From Eledone cirrhosa (taxonomy: Eukaryota): DNA of 64,000 bases. This document shows positions 55,023-64,000 of this stretch, one piece after another. Position numbers and translations under genes: made by a program. The DNA is taken from NCBI GenBank assembly GCA_964016885.1, contig OZ024740.1, forward strand, positions 172,298,001-172,362,000. Direction: 5' to 3'. The notes below the pieces were generated by a model. That model ran no database searches, was not told the DNA's origin, and worked only from the letters and a program-made list of their open reading frames with translations. Position 1 is the first letter of the stretch. The number at the start of each line of letters is the position of its first letter.

Positions 55023-55072
55023 ATCTAGACTATATTTTAACCTGTAATCCATGTTTCATTTCTGCCCCCCCC

Positions 55073-55112
<40 letters not shown>

Positions 55113-55206
55113 TATTTGATTGGTAAAATAATTAAATTAAATTAATTCAACAGTTAAACACACATAGGAATAATAAGGTTGTTACCAAAGAGCCAGAAGA
55201 TTGACA

Positions 55207-55659
55207 AGTCGACCCTAAATATGACTAATAGCACTAGGAAAGCCATGAACTACACCACAACTTTTTAACTTTGATTTTGAAAGTAGGTTTATAATTATTA
55301 ATTTTCATAACATTTTTGTAGCTGTCTCGGCAGCCTAGTCGGATGAATCATAGACCGTGGTAATCCCTGCCTGGAGTTCGATCCTGGTCGGGTGTAGGGT
55401 TCCCGCTAAACCTTTTCAGTTTTTATCTATGGGATGTAAAATAAAAATTGAAAAAGATTGCATGTACCTCTTGACCAGGATTGAATCCAACACCAGGATC
55501 TCCGCCGTCTCTAGTACCTACCTCTAGGCTACTGAGACAGCTACGAAAATTTATTGAAAATTCATACTCATAAACCTACTTTCAAAATGTTCAATACAAA
55601 ATGGTGTGGAGCCGTTCATTTCTTTCTTAATGTTATTGTTCCTACTTAAGGTCAACTTC
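55207..55659. repeat. Diverged inverted repeat (~190-bp arms), each arm ending in a tRNA-like segment
   Basis: TTTTGAAAGTAGGTTTAT / ATAAACCTACTTTCAAAA and GTAGCTGTCTC / GAGACAGCTAC; B-box-like GAGTTCGATCC at about 55374. Confidence 0.65.
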
Positions 55660-55717
55660 TAAATTGTTTGGGTGTTCCATAAACTACTCTCTCGTTTTGT
55701 TTCTCATCCATCTAGAC

Positions 55718-57786
55718 CAGGCATGTCAAACATGCGGCCCTTTGCAAGCACACCTGCGGCCCGCACAAAGGTTTTTACAGCGCGAGTATGTTTTATCTTC
55801 GTAATATAAAATAAATAAAAAATTTCGATACGATTGTTTTGTTTTGTTTTTTGTGCGATTTTTGTTAACTACTTTTAACTTCCGACGAATCACGCGTAGC
55901 TCATTTACAGTTGTAAACAGAAAACTTTCATTCAAAATTTCAAAAGTTTTTTCTTTTAAAATGGCTAGTGCTCCTCCAGCTAAGATAAAAAGGAAATTAA
56001 ACGAAGAAGGGCGAGTGTTTCAAGAAAAGTGAGAATTACAGTATTTTTGCACAATGGTGAACGGAAAGATACACTGTTTAATTTGCAACAACTGCATCGC
56101 CACGCCAAAAGAGTACAATTTGAAAAAAGCATTATGAAACGAACCATCGATCTTACGATAAATATGAAGGCCCAATGCGTGTTTCAAGACTCAAGGAATT
56201 GAAGGCTAACTTGACACAGCAACAGACCTGTTTTATGTAAATTCGGGGAGAGAATGTCTCTTCCATTACTGCAAGCTATGAACTCTTACAGTGAAGGAGA
56301 TTTTGTAAATGCCTTGTAAAAACAGCTGAAATTGTATGTCCAGAGAAAGCACAATTATTCAAAGACATTTCATTAATCCGGAACACTGTTGTTGAACGGA
56401 TTGATGAAATGTCAGGTGATCTGAAACAACAGTTGAAGGCTGTATCATCAAGGTTTCAAGGTTTGAACATTTTTCTATTGCTATTGATGAGACCGTTGAC
56501 GTCAATGGAATAGCACAGCTTGCATTCTTCATCAGGGCCTGTGACAGTGAATTTAATATTTATGAAGAACTAATTGAACTGGTCCCCATGTATGACACTA
56601 TAACAAGCCAGGACATCTTTGAGAAGGTCGAGCAGGTTCTGCCTGACTATGGTCTTGATTTGAGTAAACTTGCATGCTTATCTACTGACGGTGCTGCGAA
56701 TATGATTGACAGATATAATGGTGTTACTGCCAAGTTACAAATAGAAATAGAAAATTCGCATCCAGATTCATTATTTGCACATTTTCACTGTATTATTTCA
56801 TCAGCAAAATTTGTGACAAAGTTTTTAAAATTGCATCATGTGCTTAGCTTGATCACAAAGACAGTGAACTATATCAGAGGCCGTGCTCTCAACCACCGTC
56901 AGTTCAGCCAGTTGTTGGAAGATAAGGATAATAAGTTCACCGATGTTCCATTCTACACAGAAGTCTGCTGGTTGTCATGTCACAAAGTGCTGAAAAGTTT
57001 CTATATGTTGAGACAAGAAATAATTATGTTTTGGGAGATGAAAGGTCAAAACACAGATGAAATAAAATATGAAAGTTGGCTCCAAGATCTGGCTTACGCT
57101 GTGGATATTACTGCACAATTAACTGATCTTAATTTGAAATTACAAGATAAAAACAAACTCACCACTCAGTTGTATGATGACATCAAGTGCTTCATTAGAA
57201 AACTAAGCTTATGGAAGTCACAGTTGTCAAATGAAAATTTAGTTCATTTTCCTACGTACAAAGAGCTGAAAAACACTGCCAATACTGATTCTTAGCTTTG
57301 CTGGAATTGTTGTCAAAGGAATTTCAGGAGACAAGGCTGACTGATCAACACTTGTCATCTCTGATCAAAGTTGGAACTGTACAGACATTCAGCCAGACAT
57401 ACCAACAATTGTCAACAAAAAGAGGTGTCAAGCCTCAGGACAAAACACTAAAAATGGTTGAATAGTAGCAAATAAATGTTCAGTTTTGAACTGTTGTCAT
57501 TTTTGTACAATGTATTTGTTGCTGTTACAAGCTGCAAGTATATGCTGCCATTTAAAATTTTAGTTTTTTGTCAAACCACTTCATTACTTTGTATTCATGA
57601 ATGCTGCTAAAACATTTGTATGTATATTGTATGTTTCTAAATTTAAGTAAAACATTTTTCTGCAATAAATTTTATTAAATGATTTTAATTAGTTGTAATG
57701 TGCACAATTAGTTGTCGTGTGCGGCCTTCAAACAACACATATGTGACCTATGCGGCCCTTGGGGGATCCTCAGTTTGACATGCCTG
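55718..57786 (+). mobile_element. hAT DNA transposon (Charlie/Buster/SPIN-like), decayed
   Basis: Perfect 14-bp TIRs CAGGCATGTCAAAC; NTCTANNN flanks; transposase remnant inside. Confidence 0.93.
55961..57461 (+). pseudogene. hAT transposase (GTF2IRD2/EPM2AIP1-like family), disrupted
   Basis: KRKL..EGRVFQEK*, CLIC (BED finger), SIAIDETVD..AQL, STDGAANM, HCII, LNHRQF, EVCWLS. Confidence 0.9.
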
Positions 57787-58059
57787 ATCTAATACATACA
57801 TATATATTTATATATATATAGAGAGAGAGAGAGTGAGCGAGATGGAAAGAGAGAGAGGGAGAGAGGGAGAGAGGTAGGTAGGAGAGAGGTGGAGAAAAGA
57901 GAGCGAGGAGAGAGAAGGGTGAAGAGAGAGATAGAGAGAGAGAGGGATAGGAGAGAGAAGGGGGAAGAGAGAGAGAAAGAGTCTGCGGCGCAGGGACCGA
58001 GAAGACAACTAATCATATGAGTACTCGATACATGGGGAGATATGGAGTAGGTATAGACA

Positions 58060-58192
58060 TATGTAAAATCCTGACCGCGGCGCCAAGCGGTTTCGGCTTG
58101 TAAGTTCAGAAAGCCTTTTCACTACACCCTCGTAAAGGCTTGTTGATCAGACAAGCTGAAACCGCTTGACGCCGCGATCGGAATTTTACATA
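58060..58192. mobile_element. Small hairpin MITE-like element
   Basis: ~42-bp imperfect TIRs TATGTAAAAT..GGCTTGT / ACAAGC..ATTTTACATA plus inner AAGCCTTT/AAAGGCTT. Confidence 0.6.
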
Positions 58193-58197
58193 CATAC

Positions 58198-58248
<51 letters not shown>

Positions 58249-58639
58249 GTGTGAATGTACGTATATGTTTAAATATGTATTCTTTTATTTTATTTTACTG
58301 GTTTCGGTCATTAGACTGCGGTCATGCTGGGGCACCACCTTGTATATATAAGTTTATATGAATTCATTACATAGCGATGCCATATATGGAGAAATTTTAA
58401 TTCACATAAAATCGCACTATAACATTTTCTAAACAACAAACATAAATTCCATTTCCTTTCTTCCGTCCGGTTTTTTTTTTCTTTTTTTTTCTCATTTTCT
58501 TTTTCCATTTTTTTTCTTATTTTTTATTTTTCCTCTTCAAATATTTCTTACTTGTCCATATTTCCCTCTTCACCCACTTTTCAATGTTTACACCTCATCT
58601 AATATAGCTCCAGCTACACAATATCATAAAAATAACTTA

Positions 58640-60595
58640 TTTAAATCGTTCAATCATATCCAATCATTAAATCGTTCAATCATATACACAGGGAGGCGAC
58701 TAAACCGGCAACTCCACCAAGCTTGCCTGGTAAGGAGAGGGATTTTGGGACATCATACAGAACAAAAAACAAAACCTGTTAAAAAAGGGCGGACAGAGTC
58801 TTGAGAGTCAACAGCCGTCCAATACCGGACGTGTGTTGTTCCTTAAATTTGGCTGGTCCAACACAAGCCTTCAGCTGTATAAACAATTCATTCCAGTGGG
58901 TAGCTCAACAGCTCTGAAGTTCTGTCCATTTGATATCCTACCATCAACACAAAGCCCACTAGCGAGAGAGTAAAGGCAACGGGGACAAGTAAAGGGTATT
59001 ACAGGAAGTCCTTAGCTGGAGCTCTATACAGTGGTGACAACCAGGTGATGGCTGTTCATGCACAAAATAAAAGCAATTTGTGCTGCTCGTGTCCTCTGAT
59101 GGTGATAATGCAGGTCTTTTTCGACATAGTACTGCTTTCTATACACATGGAGGGGGAAGTAAAAGGAGCCCTAAACCAATGCTTGCTCAATCTTTTAATT
59201 TAGCAGTCGATCGTGGTTGTCTGATTATCCAAATACGTGGTCGAAACAAAACAAAGAATTTAACCGGGATAGAGGTTCAAATCTGGAAAGAATATCAGCC
59301 CTCATCTCAATACCTCCAATAGATATAACATCGATATCTGTACCATACATGAAACCCAACTGATTAGCATATCCCAAATGGAAGAAGTAGGAGAAGGGTA
59401 CACAGTCTTCTAGTCCGGAAAAAGTGAAGATCACCGTCAATTTGGTGTTGGTTCTATCATTAGATCTGACATTGCTAAATCCATAACATAATTCCCCAAA
59501 GGTGTCAGTGATCGTCTTATGACTCTTTCTCTGGGTCTAGCAGCCAACACCTCTGTTACACGATTGAGTTGTTACGCATCAACTCTCTATTTATTTGAGC
59601 AGGGTATCGAAACATTCTATGATTAGCTTTGAGATCCACTGATAGGAAGCTAGAACTTTCTGCAAAACTTGACTCATCCAGATTTTTATGGCATTGAGGT
59701 TTCCTGGAAAACTGTCAAGGTTGATATATATGCAGCACCAGAGGTCAGAACTGGATTTGACCTGCTCTCCCTCGGACCATACACCACCTTGATTGGCTTG
59801 ATAAAAGTAATTCAGAAGTCCAGAAACTTATCAACAAGATGCATAACCTACACTGGCTTTGGATTGGAGATACAAACTCAATAACTAAAAAGAAAGCCTG
59901 TAAAGATTGTAAGCAACAGGGACAGTCCCCACTCAGAAATATGCAGGATGCTTGATGGGCAGCTAAAGAAGCTAAACTACAAGAAGCTGCTGATAAAAAT
60001 TACTCAAGTGTCTTTTATAATGGTGTGAAGGTGGTGTATGGTCCGAGGGAGAGCAGGTCAAATCCAGTTCTGATCTCTGGTGGTGCAACCTTATACACAG
60101 ACAAAGCTGGGATACTCTCTCGGCGGAAGGGACATTTTGAAATAATCTTAAATGCTGAGCCAAGTGTAGATTAAGATTAATATCATCTATTTCATAAAGG
60201 CCAGATATACCCGATTTAGCATTCAATCGGAGCTTGAATGAAGCAACTGTCATCCAATAAAGCTCCTGGTAAAGATGAAATTCCACCTGAAATTTCCAAA
60301 TATGGTGGTCAAAAACTGTTTCGTAAGCTTCTTCGGCTATTTCTGGAAACCTGGTAGGTCGAACACGTCCATCAAGACTTCAGAGATGCATCTATAATCC
60401 ATCTCTTTAAGAACAAAGGAAAAAAAAACCCACATATATCTGTGACAACTCTCACGGCATCTCCTTTCTCTGTATTGCTGGCGAAGTATTTAACCGTGTA
60501 ATTCTCAAAAGAATGACAGGTGTTGATGATATCTATTGTGAAAACCAATGAGATTTCCGCAAAGGTACTATTAACATGATTTTTTCTCATGAGAT
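58640..60595 (+). mobile_element. Heavily decayed RTE-clade LINE (5' UTR, APE, start of RT)
   Basis: Remnants YNIDICTIHET, GYTVF.SG, GVG, KAPGKDEIPPEISKYGG, DASIIHLFKNKG. Confidence 0.8.
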
Positions 60596-60599
60596 TCAG

Positions 60600-61830
60600 A
60601 GGAAGATATTTTTGACCAAGTGTTTGGTAATGACCCTCGGGTGGCTCGATTGTCTGTAGATGTAGTGAAGAGTTTCGTTAGGTTTCCGGAAAGGATCGTA
60701 TAGTCGGTTCTCCAAGTTGAGGGTTACGTCCAAGAAGTTGGTACATTTAAGGGATGTTTGTATGGTTATTTTAAACCCTAGTTCCTGGAAGATCGTACCC
60801 GATCCATGTTGCTGGTGTTATATCTGGTGAGGGTTACGAACTAATCATCTTGGTATAAGCCCCTCATACTGAATGGAACTGTCCTATTAAATTATGGATG
60901 ATGTACAAGCCGATCAAGTCGGTTACCTCCACCGAGTCTGTCGCTCCCACGCTGACGTCGAGAGGGGTGTTGGAAGACCTCTTGTGGAATTATTGTAATG
61001 GAAGACTGTCTTCCTGGTGTGGAGGATAATGTTAATGTCCTGGTCGCTGACTGGTGTAATGGTCTGGGCATATTCTATAGAAGCCTCCAGAAGAAGTTGT
61101 GTTATGAAGGCATAATACTTTTCGATGTCGAATTGTGCGAATTTAGTGTTGGGCTTGTCGTCTATGCTTTTTACACCTGTGTATAACCTCTTGTATGTTT
61201 GTCCAGATGCTGAGCCTTGATTATTGTTTTAACTTTCCGTATCACCCTATCCAGGATCCTTTTACTGATCCTCCCAATGTCAGACTTCGTCAGGTTAATG
61301 AACCGGATAGTGGATTTTCTATCAAAGTCTGATTTATTGTCTTAAAGTGTAAAGTACGATCCCCGCGAATTTAGAATTTCAGTTCGATCCTGGGTGTTGC
61401 GGTTTCAAGTGATGGTGCATCTTTCGTCGTTAGTTTCATGGTTCATGTGTGGATTGGAATTTGTATAAGTAGATTTCGGGATGTGTTTAATTAGTATGTG
61501 GTACCTATTCTACTTGACAAAGTATAGGTTGCCGGTTTTCTCGGAGCACACGAGGATGTCGTTAACGTTTCAGTATTCCCTTATCTTATGGTGTAGTTGT
61601 TGCTGGAATCGGTTAGAGAGTGTTTGAATTTGACTCCTTTAATCAGGCTGAAGAGATCGGCCACAAAGGGCGATAACAGGGATCTGGGTTTTAAAAGCAA
61701 ATTTCTCTTTTTAATCAAGCTCTTGGGTTTGGTTGCGTTTGTTGAAGACGTATACGCGCCATTTAAAAGACTTACCTCAATCTCAGACCTCTGCACGATT
61801 CCAGGGGGTAAGATGGTTAACTACTACTTT
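60600..61830 (-). mobile_element. Decayed Penelope-like RT, third family
   Basis: Minus-strand remnants TIRFINLTKSDIGRISKRILDRVI, QFDIEKYY, VGATDSVEVTDLIGLY, NFLDVTLNL. Confidence 0.85.
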
Positions 61831-62639
61831 ATACGCACATCCGCACAGACACGTACCTCTTCATCCGCTGATGTAGAACACACGCAACTAACCACGTGAG
61901 CCAGAATCTCCTGGCCTCATTTTCAACATTGTAGCAGCATCTTTGTAACCTTATCTTTCGTTCCTACCTCAATTTTAACCATATCCACCGCACCGATTGA
62001 CCATCACATAGCGACTATACAACTACACAAGTACACACACAAGCGAACACACGCGCATGCCTGAGCGGGACACCTAGGCTCCACTCAATCGCGTCGCACG
62101 CATACATACACGCGCACACACAACCAACAGGAGGTAAATAATACCCAAATCAAAGCGTCAGGAGCGCGCCTGCGGACACGGACACTGCAACAGACCCTTC
62201 ATGACTATGAGACTACCGGCCACCCCCACCACCCCTAATAGTAACTTTCCCCACTCATCCCTCAACTACACGCTTTTCTCCATTTTCTCAACACCTACCC
62301 ATCTCTGAAGAAACAGCGTGTGGAAATAGCTGAAAATGAACAAATAATTCAGTTATCTACTCGCCGTTGAAACGCATGAACTCAGCCATCGGGCACCAGC
62401 TTTTCACTCTACATACACTTTACTTTCGCAAGTATTGAGTACTTAGCTGAACATAGTTTTACTAGTCTAAACTGGCAACTCTCAATCTCTCTCTCTTTCT
62501 CCCCCCCCCCCTCTCTCTCTCTCAGATGATCTACTCTTTCTTGCATTGAATTAATAGCATAGGTGTAATATGATGACTTGTATGCTTCTCAATTTTTTTT
62601 CTACGCTTTGTTATTAATTTTATTATGTTCAACTACTAA

Positions 62640-62800
62640 GGGACGGTGGATTGACAGAATCATCAGAGCGTCAGACAAAATGTCTTGCGGTATTTGTTCC
62701 AGAATTTTACGTACTGAGTTCAATTTCCGCCGAGGTCAACCTTACTTTTCAACATTCCAGGGTTGATCGAATAAAGTACAAGTTAAGTATTGCGGTCAAT
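62640..62800 (+). mobile_element. Diverged SINE; further decayed copies at about 21141-21290, 63200-63400 and 63755-63970
   Basis: Head GGACGGTGGATTGACAG, GAGTTCAATTTCCGCCGAGGTCAAC. Confidence 0.7.
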
Positions 62801-63438
62801 ACACTCCATTTTTACTTAGATTCTGTAGCTGTCACGCATAAGACAGTCAGGGCAATCTAACTCCACCAATCCTCAGCCAAGGCAGGTACATCCTTCTATT
62901 TCTTGTTCAACCGTTGCAGATCATACACAGTGTTCTGAGTACAATTCATTTTTGGTATTCTACGCTTTCATTTGCCTCTCGCAACCCAATCAAAAGTTTG
63001 GTTCGCTAGCCTCGTTTGTGACAGTCTGGAAAGGTATCGGATCCATCTATGGCGCTTTTTGCAGATTTTGACGATACTGGATGCTGACTTTTTCCTTCTC
63101 TGATTTCTTTATTTGCAGTAAGGTCGTTCCATTTGACATTAATGATTTTTCTCAGAGATTTCGAGTTAAACGCATCAAGCTTTATATCTAGGTTGATTTT
63201 GAGTTGCGGCCCTTGTGTCTAAATTAGAAATCAAATGGTAGAATGGCAGACCTGTCAACTCTCCCCGTCCGACGGGAGGATCTCCCACCCACTTTGGGGT
63301 GATTCCGAGGCCGATACATTAAAGTACCACTCATGTACTGGAATCGGTATTATTGCCTTCCCCTCTGATAAATTGTTGGCCTTGTGCCTAAAGTAGAAAT
63401 TTGTACTTCCTCCTCATCCCCTCCTCCTCCTCCTCCTC

Positions 63439-63474
<36 letters not shown>

Positions 63475-64000
63475 TTCGTTTCATGTACTATCCATTTCGT
63501 AATTACACCCATAAATGGTGACCCTACTTATGTATATGGCAGTGCTATAACAATGGAAGCACAGTATAATTAACGAGTGTTTCACTTTCTGTTAGTTCTT
63601 GTCTTTAGAGTGTGGCCTATCTTTAACAGATCAATGACTGAGTCTTTTTACACATGATATTACTGCATAGAATTCCCATTTTTAGTGGGTGGCCTTCTTT
63701 AACGGATTCTATAACTATCAAACCACAGAAAGAGATGTAGAGGAAGAATCGATCTCAGTACTGGACTGGTACTTTATTTATCGACTTGGAAATGATGAAC
63801 AGCAATGTTCAACGACATTTAATCTCAGAGCGCAGTGAATCGGAAATACCGAGGCATTTAATCCGGCGCCCTAACAACTCTGTTAATTCACCATCTTATC
63901 AGAAAGTAAACACCGGGATAAATATTGCAAGGTATTTTGTCCAACACTAACGATTCTTCTAAACCACTGATTTTCTCACGTTTGATATAATTTCGAGGAA

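Noticed and set aside
62299-62345. CTGAAGA...GAAA hammerhead-like motif
   Set aside because: No stem III, cleavage triplet or stem I partner.

Overview
AT-rich animal genomic DNA, inferred to be from an octopod cephalopod because the tRNA-derived SINEs resemble Octopus families as I recall them. I find no supportable host protein-coding gene; most ORFs in the track are microsatellite translations. The window is a nest of mobile elements. It holds three Penelope-like elements: one near full length with 336-bp direct pseudo-LTRs, and two showing a Naiad-type CxCx5C motif. It also holds a full-length Tx1/L1-clade LINE and an internally deleted sister copy, R4/Dong-like RLE LINEs in (TAA)n, a decayed RTE LINE, a hAT (Charlie/Buster-like) element with its MITE, mariner- and pogo-type derivatives, and a Helitron whose ends enclose about 7.9 kb of nested inserts. 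The main signal missing from the ORF track is about 20 type I hammerhead ribozyme (HHR) motifs, intact or decayed, from at least 10 unrelated sequence families. They sit in short non-coding islands within (TA)n tracts, often as fold-back palindromes. One family forms a 420-436-bp tandem unit with a covarying HHR, the architecture of a retrozyme (circular-RNA retroelement). All coordinates were read by eye and boundaries are approximate.
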